Shown: positions 11,308-24,007, counted from the whole stretch's first letter. The stretch: DNA of 63,938 nt, filler included, from Octopus bimaculoides (GCF_001194135.2; 3 parts of 3 records of this genome joined end to end with filler, not necessarily neighbours in it); one strand, 5' to 3'. Translations and numbers: made by a program. Notes: a model not told the origin generated them from the letters alone.

Positions 11308-14300
11308 CATATACACATATAAGCACTGGAGATTGCTGCACATTTTTCGCTTTCATCTGCCAACTTCCACTCACAAAGTATCTGACCTACCTTCTGAAAC
11401 TGTGGTAGAAGCTCCTTACTGATTTAGTTTCGCAATGGCAACGAACTCGAAAACATAATTACGAAGACACAACATCTTTGCCGAATTGACCTAATGGCAA
11501 ATGTACATCATGATCAGGAATTTAGACTCGTTGGTTCGGTTATAATACCCTTTACCCTTCGTGAAAGCATTTGGTATGACCCGTCAAATGCCGATGGATT
11601 ACGCTCTAAACCTTCTCTGACAAGATATAACAGTCTGTTAATAGAAATGACGGGTGTATTATCTTGTACTTCCCTATACCACGTATTTGTATTGAATTAT
11701 TTCGGGATATTTGAGAGTCTTTCTTGGTCGTATTTGAACTTAGAACTAAGAAAAAGAAATATATTAAGGTCTGAACTCTTGCTTCCTGCCTTCTGCACCG
11801 ACTTCATCAACCTCACGTTATACAAACCATACTTCGTTGATAGATAAAATCATATAAATTAAGATACAGAAATAAAAATACGTGACATAAAAATACAATT
11901 TTGTTTTTCAAAGCAATTATAACTGTGTATCTTGTTTAAAATCCGTTACATCGATTCATTTATTTCTTTTTCATTATTCTTCGTTTTACGTCTTTCATTT
12001 CACAGATAGCCCTTTCGCTTCAATTTGAGACTTATTTTATTAATGAAAATTTCAATATATTCTATATTTTTTCAGTCTCGTGTTAAATTTAATTTCAGGC
12101 AGTTTTGTAGTTATGCTTCTTCTTTATATTTTTAATCTAATTTCACATATGTATTTGTCTCCATAAGCAAAACTCAACATCGATTTCTACAATTAACGTA
12201 TATGTGAGTTTTTGTTATCACGTATCTAATTAGCTGTTGCAAATAACCGCCATAATTCCAAATGTATCTTGACAATCTAATCCCAGAAGGCGTACACCTT
12301 CAATGTTTCATGTTAAGTGCGCAAGTTTTCTTCAAATATGAATTTTAACACAAAACATAAAACTCATCATCAGCTGATTAGCAAATCATGTATTCATGGA
12401 TATCTATTTAGGTTTAACACTGTATCAGAAACTGATACTGTGAAAATAATATTGACTACTTTAAACTGTTCACAAGGCCATACGTTGCTACTAACCATAA
12501 TATTTGATTGTATTGATACCAGTTTATTACTGGTTTTCTTACTACTGACCACAGAAAGGTGATAAATAAGACCAATAATAACATATTACAATTCAATGTA
12601 AGGCAAGTAATGTTTTAACCAATTTTTGTGAAACCTGAAACATATTTTGAAATATATTCAAAAGATAGGATTGCAAGGGTGAGTTTTTATATTATCAAAA
12701 TTAACAAATGACAATGAAATTATAAAAGGTGAAAATCTTTGATGTCATAAATACTGGTAGATAAAAGTGTGAAGCTCTAAGGGATTAGTGTTCATTATGT
12801 ATGAATGAAATGTTTGAAATAAATTACCGTAAATTTTACTGAGAGAAATGTCACAATATAAAAGTTTACAGAATATTCATACCTGCAACAACACATAGCA
12901 GCACGCAATAACTGAATTTAGTGGAGGTTCAACAATTTATGTTATGTTCGCAGCATCAAATTATCGCATACTTTGCACACCACCTCCGCACCCAACTCAG
13001 AAAAAAATAGAAGACCCCACATGTAAACTGTTATTATAAAAATACGGTTGACAAGCATGGTAAACAGAAAAGTATCTCAAATATTTTCTAATGTACATTC
13101 ATATGTAATTGTGTATATAATACGAGTAGATAGAAGTAACAGAAAGTTCGTAAAAGGTTAATTTGTTTGACCGAGTCACTGTGTAGGTATTTTATGAAGA
13201 TAGAGAAAGCAAGGCGATTTTTCATGAATTTTGATATATTTAGTTAATGCACCCTTATCATGCTAGTCCTCAACCTTATACGAATCTTCAAATAGGATAG
13301 GTCCTTAATTCCTTCGTTATCTTCTAGACTACAGGAAAGACAAAAATAGACATACTGGGAATTTGATATCAAATAATTCAGCTTCTCAATCTAAAGACCT
13401 GTTCATATGGTGCTGAAGAACGCATCATTTATAAGGCGGCAAAACTTCATGAGGAAATTGGTACGTTTGGGATTCTTGGATTAATGTCACATTTTCCAAA
13501 CGATACCAATATTATGTTTACACTACTCATTTTCAGTGGAGTGTGGCCAAGCTGTTAGATAGGGCTTCTCTTCATGCATTTAAATGCGAAGAACATGATA
13601 GAAAATCTTTGATTTCACCGGTCATATCTATGTAAACCGAAAATAGAAAATTTCAAGATCAAATGAGAAATGACAGTCGATGAAAGAATTTTGCAAAAAG
13701 AGAAAGGTAACAGCAAAGGTAAATATTCAACAACATAAATGAATATCTATAACTTGAGAACGAAAATAAAGAACCCATAAAATCAATGCTTGCGTGTCAA
13801 AGGAGCGTATAGCTCTGATGAGCCCATATGGGTTAGGATGATAGTGTCATGGCTTTAACCTTTGGCTAATGTAGCATCAAGAAACGGTACACTTTATGTT
13901 GCCAACGAATACAAAAGATTTCGGACCCGGACGTCAATCTTCTGAATTCAGAGATGCAAAAGACATTTGGGGATGTCGTAGTGCATCTGGATAGAATAAA
14001 ATGACCCCGGTGATGTCAAATAACCTAACATAACAGTATATATTCTAATCGGCAAATTCATTCTGTCTCGTTTATTTCATACTAGCTGAAAAGCGTGCAG
14101 ATTTTTAAGCAGGTTCCTGTGGAGGGCTAAAGGAGCGATAATAATAAAATATTTATTGGTACCTTAGCAATATGCTATTACTTTGAATTAAGTTTCAATT
14201 AAGTTTAATCTTACAAGTTTGATGACTGAAAAAGTTAAAAGAACCACTAAATTCTACAGTAAAACTTAAAGCTAAAGGGGGTAACTTTTGTATTATGGGC

Positions 14301-14914
14301 ATTAAAACCTCTCACGGTCGCTTTACCCGCTAGAAATAGCAACCCAAATGCTTTTAATCAGATCCCAATGCTGGATTTTCAAGGACCAAATGAAGGGACG
14401 ATTTGCAATCCCAGGATGATTCTGATTCGAAAAAGGTATAATATGTCTATGTAAAACAAATGTTGACCGAGATACAGCGAGGGGGGCGGGCAGACAGACA
14501 CAATTTCACTTTTATTAATATCGATTATATTTGTGTTATATATTGATCATATATAAACTAATACGTCATAGTGTCATTGTTTTAAGCTACTGATAGCAGT
14601 TACAGGTCCCTCTGATACAGGAAGTAATATTTCCATTACAGATCTTATACTTTTCGAGAAGGGAAGAAGCCAGAGTTAATAGGCGAACAGACACATAATA
14701 CGGAATAAGGATTGTTTATTTCAGTGGACATGAGCACAGGGGATCAGGATAAAATTCGTTATGACTAATATAAAAACCTAGAATAAAGTTTATATTTATC
14801 AGTGTTTGTTTCCACATTAGATTTATAATAAGTCTTAATATTGCTTAAAAATTGCTATATGTGGTAACCATGATAGGTGTTACCATACATGGTGGCTTCG
14901 TTTAAATATGTATA

Positions 14915-15103
14915 CGTGCAAGCATAGGCGTGGTTGTGTTGTATAAAAAACAAAGTTTGTTTCCCAACGGCATTGTTCTAGGTCCAGTTCTACTGGGCAA
15001 ATATCCAGTTCTAGGTCCAGTTCTACTGGGCAAATATCGGCTGGACCGACCAAATCCTCGTTAGTAGACTCAGTAGACGGAAACTGAAAAACGTCCGTCA
15101 CAT
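14915..15103 (+). mobile_element. SINE family A 5' part with an internal 33-bp tandem duplication
   Basis: aggcgtggttgtgttg..tttgtttcccaac; gttctaggtccagttctactgggcaaatatc at 14975-15005 and 15008-15038; gtagacggaaactg core. Confidence 0.8.
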
Positions 15104-15104
15104 A

Positions 15105-15139
<35 letters not shown>

Positions 15140-15727
15140 NNNNNNNNNNNNNNNNNNNNNNNNNNNNNNNNNNNNNNNNNNNNNNNNNNNNNNNNNNNNN
15201 NNNNNNNNNNNNNNNNNNNNNNNNNNNNNNNNNNNNNNNNNNNNNNNNNNNNNNNNNNNNNNNNNNNNNNNNNNNNNNNNNNNNNNNNNNNNNNNNNNNN
15301 NNNNNNNNNNNNNNNNNNNNNNNNNNNNNNNNNNNNNNNNNNNNNNNNNNNNNNNNNNNNNNNNNNNNNNNNNNNNNNNNNNNNNNNNNNNNNNNNNNNN
15401 NNNNNNNNNNNNNNNNNNNNNNNNNNNNNNNNNNNNNNNNNNNNNNNNNNNNNNNNNNNNNNNNNNNNNNNNNNNNNNNNNNNNNNNNNNNNNNNNNNNN
15501 NNNNNNNNNNNNNNNNNNNNNNNNNNNNNNNNNNNNNNNNNNNNNNNNNNNNNNAAATTTAAAATATAAATATACGAAATATAAATATCAATACATATAA
15601 AAATCTGAATATAGATAAATATATGTGTGAATATATTTGCGTATAAAAATTTATGCGTAATTAAGCATGAATATTGTAAAGTCTAAAATATAGAATATAA
15701 AGGAACCTAAAATTTAAAGAGTTAAAT

Positions 15728-15813
15728 ATCTTACGATCGTTTCGCGGATATTACTATAATCACAAAGTGATCTAAAGATCATCTTATTATCAGTAATTCC
15801 GCTCTTCAGAGAT
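15728..15813 (-). ncRNA. Minimal type I hammerhead ribozyme (PLE pLTR-type, palindromic stem III)
   Basis: Minus strand 5'-ATCT-CTGAAGA-GCGGA(...)TCCGC-GAAA-CGATCG-TA/AGAT. Stem I AUCU/AGAU, core CUGAAGA, stem II GCGGA/UCCGC, GAAA, palindromic stem III CGAUCG, GUA cleavage triplet. Confidence 0.78.
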
Positions 15814-16394
15814 GCATTAAGAACCAATAGTATATATATATATAATATTAAAACATTAGAAATATTAAAAAATTAAAAATAATAATAAAATATATACTGT
15901 CCTTTCTATAAATTGTCAAATTAATCCTTCTGAAATATGTAAAGTTCATTCCTTTCATCCTTTGTTGATATTTCAAGTGTTAAACACTTATTTGCATAAG
16001 AATTGGTATATTTTTTTCTAAATGTATAGCACACCTCGGAAAAACTCATCCTGCTATTAGACGTGTTGGTAATCCTATAAATCCGATCCAAGTTTGAAAA
16101 TTCATCCACCGCGAATATTTCAACATTAAATTTTAAATTTAGCTAGACTTCAGAATATTGCAAATATATAAGGTTGAGGAGGGTATTGGATTTAACCAAA
16201 CCCAGGAGGATACAGGTACTACCGAGTAAGTGCTGTATACCGACTAGTTTGTCCCAGTCGTTGTATGAACAGGATTGGGTATTATAAGTCGTGTATTAGC
16301 GTGTGTATATGTAAATATATAAAAACAAAAAGATAAAGAGAGCAAAGGTAAGGTTGGAGAAGTATGACTTGACCTAATTACCGCTCACTTTTCA

Positions 16395-16570
16395 CTTGAC
16401 TTGGCCATTCTTCAAGTAAACAAGCAAAAATCCATCGCAATATGGAATATATGTACCTCCGCTATCTATGCTATATCAACTTTCGCTCCAACATAAATTT
16501 CCGGATTATCCACACAAAGATTGCTTTGCACGGATCTCTACACGGATATTTACCACTGGAATGAAACTAC
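16395..16570 (+). mobile_element. Possible LINE AP-endonuclease remnant
   Basis: AILQVNKQKSIAIWNI(Y)VPP with a frameshift, then LLCTDLYTDIYHWN resembling the GDLNAH..W motif. Confidence 0.4.
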
Positions 16571-17204
16571 ACTTCAAGTACTGTTCTCTCTTTTTTCAGC
16601 AAATCACACTCTTTACCACTTCATACTAAAAATATCCGCCTATGGATATAATAATAGATTACTTTAATTTTTCTGTCTCCGNNNNNNNNNNNNNNNNNNN
16701 NNNNNNNNNNNNNNNNNNNNNNNNNNNNNNNNNNNNNNNNNNNNNNNNNNNNNNNNNNNNNNNNNNNNNNNNNNNNNNNNNNNNNNNNNNNNNNNNNNNN
16801 NNNNNNNNNNNNNNNNNNNNNNNNNNNNNNNNNNNNNNNNNNNNNNNNNNNNNNNNNNNNNNNNNNNNNNNNNNNNNNNNNNNNNNNNNNNNNNNNNNNN
16901 NNNNNNNNNNNNNNNNNNNNNNNNNNNNNNNNNNNNNNNNNNNNNNNNNNNNNNNNNNNNNNNNNNNNNNNNNNNNNNNNNNNNNNNNNNNNNNNNNNNN
17001 NNNNNNNNNNNTATATATATATATATATATGTTTGCATATGTATATGTATATGTTTGTATCTACACGTGTGTGAATATCTTTGGTTTGTGTTTATTCCCC
17101 CACCTCTGCTTGTCAACAGGTATTGGACTGTTTAAGTCCCCGTATCATAGTGTGTGTGTTTGAATGCATGTGCCTATGAGTCTCACTGTGTGGGTGTTTG
17201 TTTG

Positions 17205-18983
17205 TATATATATACATATAAGGTTGTAGCCTCTGTCTGTCTGTTTGTTATCGAACTCTTCCTTGGGTTTTGGAGATAGACCCCACTCCGTAATGATATA
17301 TATTTGGAAACTACATTAACCAGGGTACTTGAATAAGTATATTTCATTTTGATCAAAGGAGTCCCCGGGGGTGGGGAAGACTCACTGAAAATTTTCTAGG
17401 GTTTTGGAGACAGACCCCCTCCCCATAACCACCATATATATTCTGAAGCTACATTACCCAGGGCACTTCGATAAGTATATTTTATTTTGATCGAAAGGTT
17501 CTCAGGAGGACCCCCACTGAAAATTTTCTAGGGTTTTGGAGATCGATCCCCGTAACCATATATATTCTAAAACTATGTTGCCCTGGGAACTTGGGTAAAT
17601 ATATTTCATATTATTCAAAGGGATCCCTGGGGGCGCAAGCCCCACCCCCACCTTTACAGAAAAGATTTTCTCATTGCTTTAAATGAAATTTAAACTATAG
17701 GTAAATGAGCAAAAACGATGCCTATTCCTAAAATATCAGCAAATTTCAACAATATCAAGACACTCTAATGGGGGCTAACCCACCTTGTGCTGTAAATTTT
17801 GGAAGCCCATAACTTGAATATTTGAACCTCTATTATCCCAGAGATTTTCTATTAATTAAACGCAAAACAGCAAAATTACCTCTCTGTTAGAGAAGAATTC
17901 TGCAAATTTACATATTTTATCTATGACAAACCATAACTAGAATTATGGCAAGAAAAATTATAAATGAATGCCTCTACTTTTTTAACATTTTCTTTTTATC
18001 AATTTGTCTTCAGACATCCATTACGTCACGGAAAAGGAAGTTCACTTATACAAATACTCCATATGCACAACGGATGAACATTTGTCGTCAATCTGAAAGC
18101 TGTGATGCAAAGCCGAAGACAAAGAAAGTCTCGCTAATTTGAAAGATGTGATGCAAGGGACGAACGACTTTCTAGACAAGACATTAGCAAACAGAGTCTC
18201 GGCAAAATGAAAACTTTGGTGAGTATCAAGAAAGACAAGAACAAGATTTATTTCGCCAGATAGTTGCAAGAAGAAATGAGTCTAAAGAAGAGTGATAACA
18301 GCGCTTGATTGCTGATAGAAACAGGTGTCAAAATTTAAGACAACGTGAGATTCAAAATGCTAAACGTTCTGCATTACTGTATGACAAAAATTACCCATGT
18401 AACAAGGCTGCAATTGGAGAAATGACCAAACTTTGTCAGTGTGGGGCTAAGAAATTTACTGGAGAATCACCAGGAATGAGCGTCAGTTATTTCAAGAACT
18501 GTTCACTGAGGAAAGTCAATTCAGCAAACATTTTTTGTCAAGGTTCAAGGAGTACAACTCGCTATTTGCCATGACCAGCTTTGGTCACAAAGGTGCATCT
18601 GTCCATGGTTGGAATCCATCTGTAAGAATCCAAGGTCAAATTTACCATCAACTTCGGGAAAATAAGCGTGCCTAGGGAGAACATGCTCGATGTTTTAATG
18701 CACCAGCAGGAGTTGAAGTTGCAATTTTAACATCAAATGGGCCTACAGAAAATAGAGATATTGTTCTTCAGTTGAAAGAAGGTGGATTGAGAATTTCAGA
18801 GTTACATCGATCCAATGATTCTTTGATGTATCCATTGTTTTTTCCATACGGAACAGACAGTTACCACATATATTTGCAAGGGAGAAATTACCATCAAAGA
18901 ACAGTGAAATATCACGATTGGATGATTTCGCAACTCCCCAATTATGTTACTTAATCCCGAGCAACGCCGGGTATGCCTGCTAA
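17205..18983 (+). mobile_element. Internally deleted Helitron (Rep/helicase N-terminal remnant plus 3' terminus)
   Basis: IGEMTKLCQCGAKKFTGESPGM; EYNSLFAMTSFGHKGASVHGWNPSVRIQGQIYH; GEHARCFNAPAGVEVAIL; RDIVLQLKEGGLRISELHRSNDSLMYPLFFPYGTD. 3' hairpin CCCGAGCAACGCCGGG (18956-18971) then TATGCCTG-CTAA (variant of CTRR). 5' end is approximate. Confidence 0.9.
17255..17640 (+). repeat. About 3 copies of a ~125-135 bp tandem unit in the Helitron 5' region
   Basis: Recurring gggttttggaga..ccc..atatatatt..aagtatatttcattttgatc..ctgaaaattttcta. Confidence 0.9.
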
Positions 18984-19007
18984 TATATATACTAGCAGGC
19001 ATACCCG

Positions 19008-19298
19008 TTACGACGACAAGGGTTCCAGTTGATCCGATCAACGGAACAGCCTCGTGAAATTAACGTGCTGAGCACACCACAGACACATGTACCCCTAACG
19101 TAATTCCCGGGGAGAACTACGCTGGCCCTTTGAAATACAGGTACAACAGAAACAAGAGGAAAGAGTGAGAGAAAGTTGTGGTGAAAGAGTACAGCAGGGT
19201 TCACCACCACCTCCTGCCGGAGTCTCGTTGAGCTTTAGGTGTTTTCGCTCAATAAACACTCACAATGTCCGGGGTCTGGGAATCGAAAGCGTGATCCT
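19008..19298 (-). mobile_element. SINE family B (tRNA-derived); 5' head lost in the gap
   Basis: Aligns along its length with 23395-23700. Confidence 0.9.
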
Positions 19299-19964
19299 NN
19301 NNNNNNNNNNNNNNNNNNNNNNNNNNNNNNNNNNNNNNNNNNNNNNNNNNNNNNNNNNNNNNNNNNNNNNNNNNNNNNNNNNNNNNNNNNNNNNNNNNNN
19401 NNNNNNNNNNNNNNNNNNNNNNNNNNNNNNNNNNNNNNNNNNNNNNNNNNATATATATATATATAAAGAGAGAGGGAGCGAGAGAGAGATGCAGTTGAGC
19501 GATCAACATTTATCTCCGTACCATCTCTTGCTTTTTATTGCACTTACGAACGAAGGTTATAGTTACGCCTTAATGCTGACTCAAATCACAAGTTTCCCAG
19601 CTCTGATGACATTTATTAGTTCATTAGGTAGAGGAATAGCGTACAAATTCAAACTGTTAACAATATCGTTAAGTGAAAATTTCTCTAGGCTGCCTTCTAT
19701 CATCGTTCAAAATTATCTGATCATAGAATGGTTTACATCAAAACCTTTATCGTCTTACTCAATGGACGGCCAGGTGAATACGACTGATACTCTACGTCAC
19801 TGAGAAGTTCTAATAATACTAAAATATATCCAGATCTGTCGCTGTAGATATCAGCTAGCAAAGTAACACCATATTGCATATCCACACTGAATTCGTATTC
19901 ATTATGGGTGTAACTTACTTTTATTTTTGGATGCGAGCTCACTGTATTTTGTCTTCTTTCTCTT

Positions 19965-20352
19965 ATTTGTTTCAATTATGCTGCGGCACCGCCTTGAAAG
20001 ATTTTAGTCGAGCGAGTCGACCCCAAGACTTACTTTTTAAAGTCCGGTACTTATTTTATTGGTTTGTTTTACCGAACTGCTATGTTATGAGGATGTAAAC
20101 ACACCAACACTGGTTGTCAGCTGTTGGTGAGGGAAAAGCACAGATCCAAAGACACACAAACACACACACACACACGCACATACACGCACGCGCACACACA
20201 GAGTTTCCGCTTACCAGATCTACTCACAAGGCTTTTTTACTTCCGCCAAGCGACAAGGTAGAAAACACTTGCCCAATGTACCATGAGGTAGGACTGAACC
20301 CGGAGCCATGTAATTGCGAAGCAAACTTCTTACCACTCCTGCGCCTACGCAT
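19965..20352 (-). mobile_element. SINE family A, near full length
   Basis: Tail (gcggcaccgccttgaa..gtcgacccc..ggtacttatt), central (CA)n, core (actcacaaggcttt..acacttgcccaa) and head (ggactgaacccgg..cttcttaccac..gcgcc). Confidence 0.88.
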
Positions 20353-21579
20353 GTCTTTTTTCCATCTACCAAAGATTCTGTCCGGAGTTCAAAAATTATA
20401 TCCAGAAGCCCATTGTGTACTCCACATATAACGTATTTTGTGTTGCACTGTGCCTCCTTAATCCAATCTGTATATATCTAAATCGATGGGAAAGTGCTGA
20501 CAACTATACAATGAGTATTGAACTCACTCATTCTTATTGACAAGAAAATGACAGTAATTAGTCCATGTAGTGCATATCTTTAGATCAGGGCACTTAAGTG
20601 CTTCAGTCACTTTTCATTATAAAATGAGGACAGCTCTTAATTACGAACTGTATTTGATGGCTTTTGTACTTGTTTAAATCCCTTGTCACATTCATTGATT
20701 TAAAAAACTATAAAACATTTGATTTTACCTACTCCAATACAAAGAATTATAATACGTGAAATAGCATGAAATACACTATAGAAGATAGGAAGACATATTT
20801 AAGGATTAAGAGAAAATCTATTGAACTAAAAAATATAAGGGTGAAAAATATACCTGATAATATTGATATATCATTTTGCAAAACAATGATTAATGAAAGT
20901 ACGAAATAAAGATAAGAAACAATGTACAAGATATTGCTAACGTGTAAATCAATCATAAAATAGAAGAAAATCTGTAGAATTTTTATAAATTTTAATTTTT
21001 AAATGAACACTATTGTTTTCCTGATCCATTGTAGATGCGTGACATTAAATCATGCTGGATGACAGAATATAATTTCAATGCAAATCAATTTTTACTCAGT
21101 GAATGGAAATTATGCCAGTTTTCAAAAACACTGGGAATATGGTTCCACATAGTATTTGATTGATATTCACTCTGAATGCATAATTATTTTACCATATGCT
21201 TTGAATACACATCAACCACGTGTGAATAAATGTTTTCCTGACATGCTATATTGTGTTATCGTACAACGCCTATTCTGTTGTTAATAATGTATTCATATAT
21301 ATGCACCTAATGAATTTGATGTGAAGAATTCTCGCACAAAATTTTGTAAGGTCTTTTACGTGGATATTTTCTTGGCTCTTTCCTACTTTTGGTGTTGCTA
21401 AAATATAATATACATCTGTAGATGTTCACATATATGTACACACACACACATACACACACACACACATACAAACATACACACACACATAGACACACACACA
21501 CACACACATAAACGCACACACGCAAACAAACACTCGCACACACACACACACTCAAACACCTACGTATATATGATCATGC

Positions 21580-21770
21580 GTGTTGAGGTCGCATGCTCTA
21601 CAGGTTAGGGTGTTGTACTCACGACGGTGAGATCGTGCTTTCAGTTCCTAAATCATGTGGTACGTTACGTTCTTGCGCAAAACACTTCATCTCACGTTGT
21701 TCTGCGATGACTTCGAAACCTATTCGAGCAATGTCGATTTGATGGACGGGATGAGCTAATGTACAGCATA
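21580..21770 (+). mobile_element. Degenerate tRNA-derived SINE
   Basis: gttagggtgttgtactcacgacggtgagatcgtg..cttgcgcaaaacacttcatctcacgttg resembles a SINE head plus core. Confidence 0.5.
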
Positions 21771-22004
21771 TATATTTGATCACTATAAACAAATCATTTG
21801 TGCCGGTCGTTCGGCAAACGCCGAACGGTCATACATCGTATTCGACGGGAGAGTACATCATGTATATGTACATATATACATGATTATTTGCATATGTATA
21901 TATATATATGCACGTATGTATATGTATTATGTATGTATGTATGTATGTATGTCTGTGCATATATGTGTGTGTGTTTGTGTGTGTGTGTGTACATACTTAA
22001 AAAA

Positions 22005-22255
22005 TGAGTGTGTGTCAAATCTTGGAAAACGGATGGGAGAATCTCGCTCGATATCGGTCATCGTGGAGGAAAGCAGTGCATGATGAAAGGACGGCTTTCG
22101 CAAGACATAGTATCGAGCATCAACAGCGCAAGGGAGATGTTTGTAAGAGGTTTGATGTGAATGTACATGAACACGTTTGCATTTAACCCAATTTAACATG
22201 CAACGAGTGTGGACGTCTCTCTTACAGCAAAGCATCAGAGAAGCCATGAAGGAAG
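22005..22255 (+). mobile_element. RTE/BovB-like LINE 3' coding end
   Basis: GWENLARYRSSWRKAVH followed by LTCNECGR..HQRSH (C2H2-like C-terminus). Confidence 0.7.
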
Positions 22256-22934
22256 GGGAGTTAACTATATATTATACAGTATTTCCACTGTCAGGGAGTG
22301 AGTAAAAGAGTGAACGTCGGGAGGCAGACTGAAACGTCATATGAAGTTCTTCTCCATTGTTGAAAAGTGTGCCAGTTCCCTCAGGGACGAAAAGACGCAT
22401 TCGTGCTGATCATATTTCAGCGAATAATTATGTGGCGGAATTTCACGAAATCGAGTTGCAGTCATCATAAAATATACATACATACATACATACATACATG
22501 TACAAACGAAGATCAAGAGATTGTCACAAAATGCGTAATAAACAAAGAGATTATGAAACATTTGGAGCTCCAAGATGCAGCCGAAAATGTAGATTATGTT
22601 ATATTTCTGTGGAAGTCATCATCTTTCACATAATTATACAGGATGATTTCCCCATAAATATGACATAATAGTTGTTTAGTGGAAGCCGTACAAACACTCA
22701 AAATACACACACACACACATATACACAGATACTCTCTCCCCGCATTCCCCCTCTTTCCTCCCCATATTATCAGAGCTGCCTTATTTTGCCCACATCGTCG
22801 ACAGAACCCCAACTTAGTCTAAACCCCAGGACATCAAGTTCTGTAATAGGTTTAGTATGTATCAGATCAGTGAATTCTTCTATTAAGAGTTTATGCTAGC
22901 ATGTGGCAGAAATGGTTTAGTGTACCTACTATGA

Positions 22935-23215
22935 CAGATAGATAGATAGATAGGTTTCTTTATTAGCCACACAGGGCTCAACACAGAGGGGACAAAATAC
23001 AAATGTAGAGTTTTTCTTTTCGAGGGGGTCGAAAACAAAGCAGAAAAAAAACAAAAGTGGGGACAACGATGAAAAAAAAACATCGCAAAACGTTTGGGGT
23101 ATTTACAAAAAATACGAAATAATACAAAAAATTCCCAATAAATGGAGAGGTTATCCGTGGAAAGAAAAACCTACGAAAAGACCACGGTAACCTCGGTCTT
23201 TAGCGTCACAGTTTG
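22935..23215 (-). mobile_element. LINE 3' UTR (L1/Tx1-like) with poly(A) signal and (ATCT)n tail
   Basis: Reverse complement is T-rich, ending ccctgtgtggctAATAAAgaaacctatctatctatc. Confidence 0.5.
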
Positions 23216-23394
23216 TTAAATAAAATTTCTTTTATTTAAGCAAGAAACGTAAGTAACTCTCTGTTTACAAAATTTTAAAACGTTTTATAGAATCNNNNNN
23301 NNNNNNNNNNNNNNNNNNNNNNNNNNNNNNNNNNNNNNTTAATTAATTAANNNNNNNNNNNNNNNNNNNNNNNNNNNNNNNNNNNNNNNNNNNN

Positions 23395-23743
23395 CCCAGT
23401 TGGTCCGATCAACGGAACAGCCTGCTCGTGAAATTAACGTGCAAGTGGCTGAGCACTCCACAGACACGTGTGCCCTTAACGTAGTTCTCGGGGATATTCA
23501 GCGTGACACAGTGTGACAAGGCTGACCCTTTGAATTACAGAAACAACAGAGACAGGAAGTAAGAGTGAGAGAAAGTTGTGGTGAAAGAGTACAGCAGGGT
23601 TCGCCACCATCCCCTGCCGGAGCCTCGCGGGGCTTTAGGTGTTTTCGCTCAATAAACACTTACAATGTATGGTCTGGGAATCGAAACCGCGATCGTATGA
23701 CCGCTAGTCCACTGCCCTAACCACTGGGCCATTGCGCCTCCAC
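23395..23743 (-). mobile_element. SINE family B with intact Pol III promoter boxes
   Basis: Reverse complement gtggaggcgcaaTGGCCCAGTGGttagggc (A box)..GGTTTCGATTCCc (B box). Confidence 0.92.
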
Positions 23744-23974
23744 GTATGGTAAGGATACAAGCATACAAAAAAAAACATGGTCTGGAAGACGTACAATGTG
23801 ACAGGACACCTTTAATGCAAGTCTTATGAAGGTTATGAAGTGTTTCTATAATGTCTAAAACCGCAAAAATCAAGTAAGTTTTCATTTAGAAATTTTGCGT
23901 AAACTGGCGTTGCAAGTACAGTTGGCGTACAAGCAATTGTAACGAACACTGGTGGCAAAGCTTCGCTTAAATGT

Positions 23975-23976
23975 AC

Positions 23977-24007
<31 letters not shown>

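Noticed and set aside
11494-11847. 117-aa non-repeat ORF (MANVHHDQ...)
   Set aside because: No recognisable motif or convincing splice sites; ORFs of this length can occur by chance.
17255-17640. Regularly spaced repeats as a possible CRISPR array
   Set aside because: Whole units are homologous (no unique spacers), the context is eukaryotic, and the array lies inside a Helitron.
19733-19975. 80-aa minus ORF with protein-like composition
   Set aside because: No usable acceptor (an internal GT-AG pair is only about 30 nt apart) and no recognised family.
23339-23350. TTAATTAATTAA island inside Ns
   Set aside because: A six-frame-stop spacer centred in a 100-bp gap (44 N each side); an assembly artefact, repeated at 48495-48506.
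23680-23743. tRNA gene
   Set aside because: A and B boxes continue into a SINE body shared with 19008-19298; no complete cloverleaf.
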